From positions 2,465 through 66,464 of IMG/VR virus record IMGVR_UViG_3300044858_001474: a stretch of 64,000 nucleotides of DNA; one strand, written 5' to 3'. Below the pieces are notes generated by a model. That model did not search any database and was not told the DNA's origin. It was given only the letters and a program-made list of their open reading frames with translations. Source of the DNA: a virus. Shown here one piece after another: positions 19,405 through 27,146 of this stretch. How positions within the stretch are numbered: position 1 is the stretch's first letter; each line of letters starts with the position of its first letter. A program made the position numbers and the translations under genes.

Positions 19405-19430
19405 TTGATAAGCTGTGCACAGCTTATCAA
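19405..19430. repeat. Perfect 26-bp palindrome
   Basis: TTGATAAGCTGTGCACAGCTTATCAA equals its reverse complement. Confidence 0.9.
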
Positions 19431-19624
19431 AAAATAAATTGGAGGTCAAGGGGAATTTGAAAAAATTAGGAATTGTTTGTGTGTAACATAGTATTAGCGC
19501 AGTACGGGACTCCAAACTGAAAAGGGGGCTTCCCCGCCCCGTACCTTCAGCCCACTCGACTTAGACGTTAGCCCACGGAATTCAAGGGCTGTGGAGACCT
19601 GTTTCCCCTCAGCCAAGACGTTAG

Positions 19625-19652
19625 TTGACATCGTCGTACAATATGCTACAAT
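19625..19652 (+). promoter_or_regulatory. Early sigma70 promoter P1
   Basis: TTGACA-16 nt-TACAAT with extended -10 TG; followed by a perfect 10-bp hairpin at 19659-19684. Confidence 0.75.
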
Positions 19653-19684
19653 GTAGTTCAGTTAAAGCAATTCCGCTTTAACTG

Positions 19685-19710
19685 GCTAAGATATAACGTT
19701 ATAACTTAGC
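19685..19710. promoter_or_regulatory. GCTAAG palindrome, copy 1
   Basis: GCTAAGATATAACGTTATAACTTAGC. Confidence 0.8.
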
Positions 19711-19729
19711 TAACATACTTTATTTATAG

Positions 19730-20656
19730 GTGATTCAAATGGCTACAACTACACAAGAAAATAACAATGTTAAAGCGGCACAACTATTATCTACTTTATT
19801 AGATAAAGTAGATAACTATGACGAGGGCTTTTCTACTTTATCAGAGTTACACGCGGCTAGGATTAAACCACTAGAGGCTTTAAGAGCGGCGGGTTTTAAA
19901 GCAGTACAATCTGGTAAAGCTGTTAGATATAACCCTAACGCCGCACCATTGGCTAACGAGTATCCTTATACAGTAGCAATTAGCGAGTTCGAGGCAAGAT
20001 TTAATAAAAGATGGGATAGTAAACTAACGCCTAGTCAACTAGAAGCAAGAAGATTAGGCGACCCAAAATACAGCCCAACTAAAAAGCAGTTAGATGACAA
20101 TAACAAACAAAAAATTGCTAGTCTTAACTATTGGCTACTTAATGGTAAATTTACTACTAACATAGGTAAAGATAAGCCTAAGCTAGAAGCAGAGTTAGCG
20201 GCGGAAAGATTTTCAGAGGCAACACTAGAGGCTGTAAGAGCCAACACAAAAGCTAAGATTGCCATCAGGCAATCAGCTGAAAATAAAAAACTGGTTGAGC
20301 AAGCGACTAAAACACTAGCTAAAACAGTAGCTAAGGTTAAAGAACTATCAGCATCAGGTGACATCGAAGCGTTAAAGGTAATTGAAGCGAAAGCTAAGTT
20401 AGAACGTTCTAACTTAGCCAAGCTAAAAGATAATCTTAAGATAGCAGAGGTTGAATCCAAAAAAGCGGCTACCGCTAAAAATAAAGCAGATAAAGCGGCA
20501 GAGGCGACAAAACAAGCGGCGGCAGATAAAGCGGCGGCAGAGTTAGAAAAGAAAAATAAAGCGGCAGATATGAAAAAATTGGCTACTGAGCTCAGCAATA
20601 AATACACCGCTGAGCAAATAACCAAACTGATTGTCGAACTACAAAAAACAATCTAA
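19730..20656 (+). CDS. First early gene; Lys/Ala-rich helical protein of unknown function
   Basis: Own promoter and terminator; C-terminal KAA-rich coiled coil. Confidence 0.8.
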   Translation: MIQMATTTQENNNVKAAQLLSTLLDKVDNYDEGFSTLSELHAARIKPLEALRAAGFKAVQSGKAVRYNPNAAPLANEYPYTVAISEFEARFNKRWDSKLTPSQLEARRLGDPKYSPTKKQLDDNNKQKIASLNYWLLNGKFTTNIGKDKPKLEAELAAERFSEATLEAVRANTKAKIAIRQSAENKKLVEQATKTLAKTVAKVKELSASGDIEALKVIEAKAKLERSNLAKLKDNLKIAEVESKKAATAKNKADKAAEATKQAAADKAAAELEKKNKAADMKKLATELSNKYTAEQITKLIVELQKTI

Positions 20657-20667
20657 CCTGTAACACT

Positions 20668-20697
20668 AAGCCCACTCAATTGAGTGGGCTTTTTTTT
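20668..20697 (+). terminator. Rho-independent terminator
   Basis: AAGCCCACTC-AATT-GAGTGGGCTT followed by a T run. Confidence 0.9.
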
Positions 20698-20782
20698 GTC
20701 TTGAGTTTTTGAAACCTGTTCTTGATACCTGTTACGTCTAAGACGTTTAGTAAATTACGTCTGGTCTAGCCCACATTTAGCG

Positions 20783-21144
20783 AAAACCACCTGTAACGAT
20801 GAAATGGAGGGTTAGCCCAGCAAGGGGATAAACATAATTCCTGCAAGCCCAGCAGTGGTGCGGGTTAGAAAAAAAAGGTCTTATTATTATTATTATTATT
20901 ATAATATATATATAGAGAGGAAAGTTTTTCAAAATTTCTTCTTTTTCCCTGTGACACGTGTTGTACAGGGGAATATATGTTTTTTTACTTCTTTTTGTTC
21001 TTCCTCTCTCATAATTCCAAATCTTTAATAACACTATTTTTTGCCTTACCTTTTTCGCTCCCGTCCCATTCTGTGTGCCCTCACAGGAATTATGTTTATC
21101 CCCTATCTAACCTAAAGCCTATATTTGTCGTTACAGCTGGTTTT
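20783..21144. repeat. Large imperfect inverted repeat around an AT-rich core (candidate origin)
   Basis: 21-bp perfect IR 20823-20843/21084-21104 and 16/17 IR 20783-20799/21128-21144 with equal 23-nt spacing; (TTA)n/(TA)n core. Confidence 0.75.
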
Positions 21145-21212
21145 TTATTTTTGCTTGGTTTACACTATAAATCCCAAAACACCCCAACCACAAAATAAGA
21201 AGGTAAACACCC

Positions 21213-22469
21213 ATGCTAACAATAGACCAATACCAAATAGGGTTAGATGAAGCCTTAAGATTGAACCGAATTCATGCAAATGAATACAGACGTTACAGAT
21301 ACGCCCTAAAGAAACACCTACGATTAAAACAAGAATCCTGTGTGCAGATACAAGGTCAGGTAGTGACCAAAGATAAACGCAATGTGGTAATAGACGAACT
21401 AACTGCAATAGCTAACTACATATACACCAATCCCAAGACGGGCAAGGAGACCCTACTACCCAAATATTACATAAAGAAAGCAATCGAAGATGCAATACAA
21501 GAGGGTTATAAAAGAAAGGAGCAGGAAAAAGCTAAGTTATACCCGTATAACTTACCTCAAAAACCGCAAGTAGACCCAGAACCGCAAGAACCGCTAACAC
21601 AAGAGCGACTGCAACAACATCTATACTACGACCTAGAGGAAGGCACGTTTGAGTGGCAGACAGGCTCACTAGCAGGTAAAAGAGCGGGTAGCATCACTAT
21701 GCCACCTAGTAAGCCTCCAAAGCAGTACAATGCAAAGGGTAAAGCGAATGACAAGAGTAAGCTACCACGCAAGCCAGTAAGTCCATCAGGATACTATATA
21801 GTGAGTGAGGAGGCGTATTTAACAGCACAAGCTCAGAATCCACGCCAAACAAACATATACCGACTGTTCTATGCAAAGAAAGCACCACAGGGAGCGACAG
21901 ACGAGCTGATAAGAGTGCCATACTACCTTAAGAAGAGTAGACCCAGCATACGCATAGTGCTGTTAGGGAGAGAGTATAGTGCCAGCCAACTAGCATACCT
22001 TTATATGGGTGCAGGAGGCGACTGGAACTACACTCGCGGCATTGATAACGCATACAGGGTAAATACCACCATAGCACCAGAGGGTCTGAAGCTATACGAC
22101 CACAAGACCAACAAGCCCAGACGCAAGCCGTGTAGAGATGGCGACCCACTCAACTTAAGATGGGACAACATCAAGCCTGACGCTGTCAGTACGGCGACTA
22201 TCACTAAAGACCCGACGGTGAAGCGGGAGGGGAAACCTCCAAGCAAGAGAGTGTATGGGTACACACGCAACATAAAGCATATTAAAGGGCAATGGGTGGT
22301 GCAAGGAGTGGTAGAGAGAGGCAAGATACCAGACTTTTATGCGTGGAGTGAGGCTGATGCCATACGAGAGTTCGAGAAACGAGTAGCTAAGCTGAAAGGG
22401 TTCAAACAGAAGCTAAGGAACGGCGACATACTGGTAACAAAGAAACAGGTCTCGCGGGCGGGCGAGTAA
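21213..22469 (+). CDS. Degenerate HNH(-AP2-like) endonuclease-derived protein
   Basis: LTQERLQQHLYYDLEEGTFEW..AGKRAGS and YSASQLAYLY..CRDGDPLNLRWDNI resemble phage HNH nucleases; catalytic His not evident. Confidence 0.55.
   Translation: MLTIDQYQIGLDEALRLNRIHANEYRRYRYALKKHLRLKQESCVQIQGQVVTKDKRNVVIDELTAIANYIYTNPKTGKETLLPKYYIKKAIEDAIQEGYKRKEQEKAKLYPYNLPQKPQVDPEPQEPLTQERLQQHLYYDLEEGTFEWQTGSLAGKRAGSITMPPSKPPKQYNAKGKANDKSKLPRKPVSPSGYYIVSEEAYLTAQAQNPRQTNIYRLFYAKKAPQGATDELIRVPYYLKKSRPSIRIVLLGREYSASQLAYLYMGAGGDWNYTRGIDNAYRVNTTIAPEGLKLYDHKTNKPRRKPCRDGDPLNLRWDNIKPDAVSTATITKDPTVKREGKPPSKRVYGYTRNIKHIKGQWVVQGVVERGKIPDFYAWSEADAIREFEKRVAKLKGFKQKLRNGDILVTKKQVSRAGE
21531..21556. promoter_or_regulatory. GCTAAG palindrome, copy 2 (intragenic)
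   Basis: GCTAAGTTATACCCGTATAACTTACC. Confidence 0.7.
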
Positions 22470-22491
22470 AAAAACTAATTAAATCAAACAC

Positions 22492-22520
22492 TTGACAAAC
22501 ACATAAAAAGGGCGTATAAT
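22492..22520 (+). promoter_or_regulatory. Consensus sigma70 promoter P2
   Basis: TTGACA-17-TATAAT with an A-rich UP-like tract upstream. Confidence 0.92.
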
Positions 22521-22541
22521 ATGTCCTGTAGTTTAAAAGAT

Positions 22542-22561
22542 TCACCGCCTCAAGCGGTTGG
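22542..22561 (+). promoter_or_regulatory. Promoter-proximal CUYAA hairpin, copy 1
   Basis: TC-ACCGC-CTCAA-GCGGT-T-GG. Confidence 0.65.
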
Positions 22562-22571
22562 CAACCAGAGA

Positions 22572-22596
22572 GCTAAGTTATACCGTATAACTTAGC
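22572..22596. promoter_or_regulatory. GCTAAG palindrome, copy 3
   Basis: GCTAAGTTATAC-C-GTATAACTTAGC, perfect 12-bp arms. Confidence 0.85.
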
Positions 22597-22626
22597 AACA
22601 ACTTAATAATAAATAGGAACAAGACA

Positions 22627-23193
22627 ATGACAATGTTTAAACCACAAACTTACAATTCACTAACTGCTTTGAGAGAAGCAAACGTGCTAGAAGCACACAG
22701 CGACACAGTATTTCAAGGCTTAGATGTCTTCGGCTACTTCGAAGGCAATGCGTACTCAGTTGAGTACGTTTATGATGAAGTATCAGAGGCGAACTATGCA
22801 ATAGCTGGGGATTGCATAGATGAAGAGCCCGTAGTAACACCTACTACGCCAAGAAAATATACCATAAGCCATGTAGCTACGTGCTGTATGGACTATTTTA
22901 GGGGGCATCACTTGCCCAACTTCTCTGTGATGGTAACAGGAGGGTCAACATATAAAGATGTTAGAGATGCCATGCTCGACTGGCAGACTACAGACCACCT
23001 AGACCGCGAACTGTTCAGGGATAGTGAGGACTACAACAACTTTCGTGATGCAGTTGAGGAGCTGTTTATACGAATAGATTTAGATAAGGTGTTCGATGCA
23101 AGACTAGAAACACCACAAACAGAAGAAGAGTGGGACTACTGGGACTACTGGGCGTTCTTTGTTGTAGAGATGGAGGAGGAAGGCGATGAATGA
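22627..23193 (+). CDS. Acidic early protein
   Basis: ORF track; AGGA RBS; D/E-rich. Confidence 0.7.
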   Translation: MTMFKPQTYNSLTALREANVLEAHSDTVFQGLDVFGYFEGNAYSVEYVYDEVSEANYAIAGDCIDEEPVVTPTTPRKYTISHVATCCMDYFRGHHLPNFSVMVTGGSTYKDVRDAMLDWQTTDHLDRELFRDSEDYNNFRDAVEELFIRIDLDKVFDARLETPQTEEEWDYWDYWAFFVVEMEEEGDE

Positions 23194-23212
23194 GCAAACT
23201 ATAGCCTGAAAA

Positions 23213-23238
23213 GCTAAGTTATAACAATCTAACTTGGG
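23213..23238. promoter_or_regulatory. GCTAAG palindrome, copy 4 (degenerate)
   Basis: GCTAAGTTATAACAATCTAACTTGGG, then a TGGGTAGG/CCTACCCA hairpin. Confidence 0.6.
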
Positions 23239-23282
23239 TAGGTAAACCCTACCCATCACACAACATACAATAGGACAATCAG

Positions 23283-23603
23283 ATGGAAAAATTAATTAGA
23301 GATGGTAAGGTAGCTGTGTTAATTTCAGAAGGGTACGGTGGAGGTTGGAGCACATGGGATAGTCAGTACCCAGAGTTGTTGTTGTTTGATGCAACAGTAG
23401 TATTAGCAGTAGATAAGGGCTTACCCTTTGTTAGTATCGAGGAGTATTTAAGGGTTAAGTACCCTGAAGCGTATTTATCCGCAAACGCCTATGCACAGCT
23501 AGTTGTGTATTGGTTAGAGCAAGGTACGGAATTTATTGTTGAGGAGTATGACGGGGCTGAAACAATAAAATTAAAATGTGAAACTAAGTGGGTGGTAGCA
23601 TGA
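23283..23603 (+). CDS. Conserved phage hypothetical protein
   Basis: VAVLIS.GYGGGWSTW...F.VEEYDGAE. Confidence 0.7.
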   Translation: MEKLIRDGKVAVLISEGYGGGWSTWDSQYPELLLFDATVVLAVDKGLPFVSIEEYLRVKYPEAYLSANAYAQLVVYWLEQGTEFIVEEYDGAETIKLKCETKWVVA

Positions 23604-24181
23604 ACTACAATGAACTATCAGACGAGGCAAAGGAACGTGCCTTTAATGACTTTAAGAATAGGGAATTATATGACAACCATTGGGCACATCATGTGCTAGA
23701 AGATTGGGTTGAGCGGTTGGAGGACATAGGCATTGATACTGGAGTGTATGACATACATTGGAGTGGGTTCCACTCACAGGGAGATGGTGCTAGTTTTCAA
23801 GGTGCTATAAACTTAAAAGAGTTCCTTGAGGCACACCCAGAGTTAAAGGCAAGACATAGTGAGCTGTACCTAAGCACAGTACCATTCGATACATTGTCAG
23901 ACGACTATGCGGAGTACATGGTGCTCCTACGAAGAACACAGCACCACAGTTATTACCACGAGAACACCATAACTCTTGAGTGGGATATAGGAACTCACGA
24001 TGATGGAAAGTTCGATAAGGTGATGACCGATGCTGAGCCTGATATATTAGAGCAATGCAGGGAGCATATGCGTAGCTTGTATAACGACCTGCAAAATGCC
24101 TATGAGCACGAGCTAGGACTAGATTGTTTCCTTGAGGGCGTAGAATACATGGACTTTGAAGAGGACGGGTCGCTGTCATGA
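23600..24181 (+). CDS. Acidic conserved early protein (SGFxSQGDGASF family)
   Basis: ATGA overlap with the upstream stop; WSGFHSQGDGASF motif. Confidence 0.7.
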   Translation: MNYNELSDEAKERAFNDFKNRELYDNHWAHHVLEDWVERLEDIGIDTGVYDIHWSGFHSQGDGASFQGAINLKEFLEAHPELKARHSELYLSTVPFDTLSDDYAEYMVLLRRTQHHSYYHENTITLEWDIGTHDDGKFDKVMTDAEPDILEQCREHMRSLYNDLQNAYEHELGLDCFLEGVEYMDFEEDGSLS

Positions 24182-24363
24182 CAGAGGAGGAGCGTAAGAA
24201 GGTTATGGATATATTGATAGAGCGTATGCTAGAAGAGAATAGTATTGCATGGTCTAACCTTAGTAGTGACTATAAGACTGAACTGTATATAACCTTTTAC
24301 CTAAACAAATATAGCGATGAAAAACTGATAGCTGAGCTATTGGGAGTAGACAATGACAAGTGA
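24178..24363 (+). CDS. Small hypothetical protein (paralog A)
   Basis: ORF track. Confidence 0.6.
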   Translation: MTEEERKKVMDILIERMLEENSIAWSNLSSDYKTELYITFYLNKYSDEKLIAELLGVDNDK

Positions 24364-24523
24364 AGAGCGTGTAAAAATGCTAGAGATATTATGTGAGAGG
24401 GTGTTAGCTGAGAAGCGATGCAGAGGGGACTATACAGATACTAGCTGGGTGCTAGACTACCTATCGCATTACCAAGCAGACGAGGTATTAATAGCTAAAG
24501 TATTGGGAGTAGACAAAGATTAA
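24353..24523 (+). CDS. Small hypothetical protein (paralog B, 56 aa), not in ORF track
   Basis: MTSEERVKMLEILCERVL...DEVLIAKVLGVDKD*, similar to the preceding gene; GGAG RBS. Confidence 0.65.
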   Translation: MTSEERVKMLEILCERVLAEKRCRGDYTDTSWVLDYLSHYQADEVLIAKVLGVDKD

Positions 24524-24537
24524 ATGTGTGACCTAAG

Positions 24538-24655
24538 CTGGGTAGGTGAATAAGCCCAGACGCCGTATATCTGTGAGTGGGCGTTTGAATTAACCGCAGA
24601 GGTATCAGGCAGGGCAGCCTATTAATATGTACGCTTTACCGCCTTGTGCTGATAC
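24538..24655 (+). ncRNA. Candidate structured RNA (hairpin + H-type pseudoknot + long stem)
   Basis: GC-richer intergenic region with four predicted helices (see findings). Confidence 0.4.
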
Positions 24656-24686
24656 ACCCCAACCATACAACTAACAGGATAAAAAC

Positions 24687-24968
24687 ATGAAAGCACAACA
24701 AGAAATGAGAGCAGAACAAGAAACTAAACTAAGAAGTGAGGCATTGAACCGCATTATGAAACAACATGAGGAAGAGGTGGACATACTAGCAGACGCGGTT
24801 GACCACTATAGGAATATATGTGCAGGGCTGGTGTTAGCTCTTGTGTTGACCCTATCAGGTGCAGGGTATAGTCTGTACTATTTAAGTAAGCCCTGCGAGA
24901 AGCCTGTGCAGGTAGCTAAGGTTGAGAAAGTTAAGAAAGGAGGTGAACAATATGTTCTAACCCCTTGA
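24687..24968 (+). CDS. Small membrane protein
   Basis: Single hydrophobic helix ICAGLVLALVLTLSGAGYSLYY. Confidence 0.65.
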   Translation: MKAQQEMRAEQETKLRSEALNRIMKQHEEEVDILADAVDHYRNICAGLVLALVLTLSGAGYSLYYLSKPCEKPVQVAKVEKVKKGGEQYVLTP

Positions 24969-24993
24969 CATATAAGGAGTTTTACTGTATAAT
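24965..24993 (+). promoter_or_regulatory. Consensus sigma70 promoter P3
   Basis: TTGACA-17-TATAAT; downstream ATGTTCTGTAGTTTA nearly identical to P2's. Confidence 0.92.
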
Positions 24994-25016
24994 ATGTTCT
25001 GTAGTTTAGTAAAGCC

Positions 25017-25036
25017 TCGCCCCCTCAAGGGGCTGA
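25017..25036 (+). promoter_or_regulatory. Promoter-proximal CUYAA hairpin, copy 2
   Basis: TC-GCCCC-CTCAA-GGGGC-T-GA. Confidence 0.7.
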
Positions 25037-25041
25037 CCAGA

Positions 25042-25066
25042 CCTAAGTTATACAGTATAACTTAGC
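25042..25066. promoter_or_regulatory. GCTAAG palindrome, copy 5
   Basis: CCTAAGTTATAC-A-GTATAACTTAGC. Confidence 0.85.
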
Positions 25067-25085
25067 TAACCATTAGGAGAATCAA

Positions 25086-25382
25086 ATGAGAAACATAACA
25101 TCATTAGCGGCTGACCACTTTCATAGTGGGGCATATTTTAGTCGGGGTAATACAAAGGTTACTGTAGAAGGTAACGTAATTAAATTGTTATTGCATGGCA
25201 ACTGCATAGCACAGCGTACACCTCTAGCTTACACCATCACCAACTGCGGTTGGTTCACGCCCACTACTAAGGAACGGTTGAATGGGTTAGCTGGTGTGAG
25301 CATAGTACAGAAAAAAGGAGATTGGTATTTGAACGGTGAGTATTGGGACGGTGAGAATATTATTATTGGGTGTATGTCATGA
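25086..25382 (+). CDS. Conserved phage early protein
   Basis: LHGNCIA..GWFTPTTKERLNGL; AGGAG RBS. Confidence 0.7.
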   Translation: MRNITSLAADHFHSGAYFSRGNTKVTVEGNVIKLLLHGNCIAQRTPLAYTITNCGWFTPTTKERLNGLAGVSIVQKKGDWYLNGEYWDGENIIIGCMS

Positions 25383-25690
25383 GCGAGTTAAAGATTATAA
25401 CTGATAACAAATACCGCCCTGTATTGTATTGGTACGACCTATTGCCAAAAGAGCAGGAGGAGTATGCATATCTTAATGATAGCGAGAGTGGTGAAGAGGT
25501 AAACGATTGCTCGTTCTTTAGATATAGGAAGTGGTGCTACTTTCTGGGGGACTTCATGCGGGTGGATAACAACGCGCCTTTACCGCTCAAAGGGTGGGAC
25601 GGATACCACAACGATTCATTCTTTAGTGGGGTATTAGTAAGATACAGCGAGTGTGGTGATGCAGTTAAGGTTGCCACATATATTAGTTAA
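25379..25690 (+). CDS. Hypothetical protein (paralog of 31822..32121)
   Basis: TDNKY..LYW.DL..KE.E..Y shared; WDGY..DSFFSG. Confidence 0.7.
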   Translation: MSELKIITDNKYRPVLYWYDLLPKEQEEYAYLNDSESGEEVNDCSFFRYRKWCYFLGDFMRVDNNAPLPLKGWDGYHNDSFFSGVLVRYSECGDAVKVATYIS

Positions 25691-25745
25691 GCAACAGGTT
25701 TCTTTTTCGGGTACAAGTACCCACCTTTTAATTTTGGAGAACATC

Positions 25746-26615
25746 ATGTCAAATACAAACACAAACGTAAAAAGCCTTTCATCATCAGCTATGCTGGTTT
25801 CTCTTAGCATCAGCCTGTGGACAGCTCGCAAGTTAGACAAGAAAGTATCTAACGATGTAGACATATCAAATAGTACGAGAACAAAAGCGGGCAACTACCA
25901 CAAGAACTTACTCGCTGGTGATGACTCACTTGCGGCAATCCAAAAGCTGGCAGGGCTTATCAGAACTTACCACATGACACAGACATCACCGTGGAACGAC
26001 AATGGCGACCGCTTGCTGACTACTGCTCAGTTCTTTACTTATAAGAGTGAGATGGCACGACTTGAGAAGCAGTATTGGGGCTTAGTGAATGACTTTATTG
26101 CAGATTACAACTTAAGGGTAAGTGCGGCGGCGTTCCAGTTAGGTACGCTCTTTGATAGAGCTGAGTATCCTGATGCACAGGAAGTTATAAGTAAGTTCGG
26201 CTTTGTAGTACGGTACAACCCATTACCAGAGTCAGGAGACTGGCGTATAGATATAGGTAACGAGGGGCTTAACGACCTGAAAGACCAGTACGATGCAATG
26301 TACAATGCAAACATAGAGAAGGTACATGCTGACGCATACGACAGGTTGCACAGGATACTTACCCAGCTCAGCTTTGGGTTGCGTACTAACGAGGACGGTA
26401 GTAAAGGCAAGATATATGACAGTGTGTTGGAGAACACACGTGAGTTGTGTGGGTTGCTTACGCATTTCAATATCAAGGGTGACACTCAGCTAGAGGCTAT
26501 GCGTATTAAGTTAGAGGACAGCTTTACTGGCATTGATAGTAAAGACATTAAAGACAGCGACTATGTACGTGTTACCTTGAAGCGTGACGTAGATGCCATA
26601 TTAGATTTGTTTTAG
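25746..26615 (+). CDS. DUF3150-like protein
   Basis: AMLVSLSISLWTARKLD..PWNDNGDRLL..YP; GGAG RBS at MSNTNT; upstream of the AAA/VWA pair. Confidence 0.6.
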   Translation: MSNTNTNVKSLSSSAMLVSLSISLWTARKLDKKVSNDVDISNSTRTKAGNYHKNLLAGDDSLAAIQKLAGLIRTYHMTQTSPWNDNGDRLLTTAQFFTYKSEMARLEKQYWGLVNDFIADYNLRVSAAAFQLGTLFDRAEYPDAQEVISKFGFVVRYNPLPESGDWRIDIGNEGLNDLKDQYDAMYNANIEKVHADAYDRLHRILTQLSFGLRTNEDGSKGKIYDSVLENTRELCGLLTHFNIKGDTQLEAMRIKLEDSFTGIDSKDIKDSDYVRVTLKRDVDAILDLF

Positions 26616-26625
26616 GAGAAGAGAG

Positions 26626-27033
26626 ATGGGATATAGAAGTGAGGTAGCGTATGCAATACGCTTTAAAAATAAAGAACATAGAGTTAGGTTCATGGCGGTT
26701 CAATTTATGAATGAGTGGATTAAACCAGAAGAGTTCTCATTAGTAGATGACGAAACTATTCTATTTAATAAGAGCGGTCTTAAATGGTACGATGAATATG
26801 AAGATGTTAAACAACATAGCCAGATACTTATAGATGCTAAAGAGCAAGGTTGTTCATATGAATTTTGTAGAGTAGGTGAGGATATAGGAGATATAGTTTA
26901 TGATGGGGAGTATGGTACAGATGACAATGGGAAGCATATAGATTCCCCCGATATAGTATGCCCCACTCAGTACATATATGTAGAAACAGAAGGCGAACCA
27001 TACCCCATAGGGGAGACGCTGGACACAGCGTAG
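26626..27033 (+). CDS. Conserved acidic phage protein (MGYRS-EV family)
   Basis: MGYRSEVAY..KWY..F.RVGED..D. Confidence 0.7.
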   Translation: MGYRSEVAYAIRFKNKEHRVRFMAVQFMNEWIKPEEFSLVDDETILFNKSGLKWYDEYEDVKQHSQILIDAKEQGCSYEFCRVGEDIGDIVYDGEYGTDDNGKHIDSPDIVCPTQYIYVETEGEPYPIGETLDTA

Positions 27034-27048
27034 CATGTAGCGTATAAT
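27020..27048 (+). promoter_or_regulatory. sigma70 promoter P4
   Basis: TGGACA-17-TATAAT. Confidence 0.8.
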
Positions 27049-27069
27049 ATACCTGCAGTCGAAGAAGCA

Positions 27070-27089
27070 TCGCTCCCTTAAGGGGCTGA
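27070..27089 (+). promoter_or_regulatory. Promoter-proximal CUYAA hairpin, copy 3
   Basis: TC-GCTCC-CTTAA-GGGGC-T-GA. Confidence 0.7.
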
Positions 27090-27100
27090 CAACTATAACA

Positions 27101-27126
27101 GCTAAGTTATAACAACCTAACTTAGC
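27101..27126. promoter_or_regulatory. GCTAAG palindrome, copy 6
   Basis: GCTAAGTTA-TAACAACC-TAACTTAGC. Confidence 0.8.
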
Positions 27127-27146
27127 ACAACAACTAGGAAACAATT

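Noticed and set aside
19267-19515. N-terminal extension of ORF 18679..19515
   Set aside because: Runs through homopolymer and palindrome-rich sequence; likely non-coding
20777-21198. ORFs 20777..21034 (-) and 20977..21198 (+) sharing RNYVYPL
   Set aside because: The shared peptide is an artefact of the inverted repeat; low-complexity, no RBS
19685-27126. GCTAAG palindromes as a CRISPR or mini-array
   Set aside because: Dispersed over 7.4 kb with genes between them and no regular spacers
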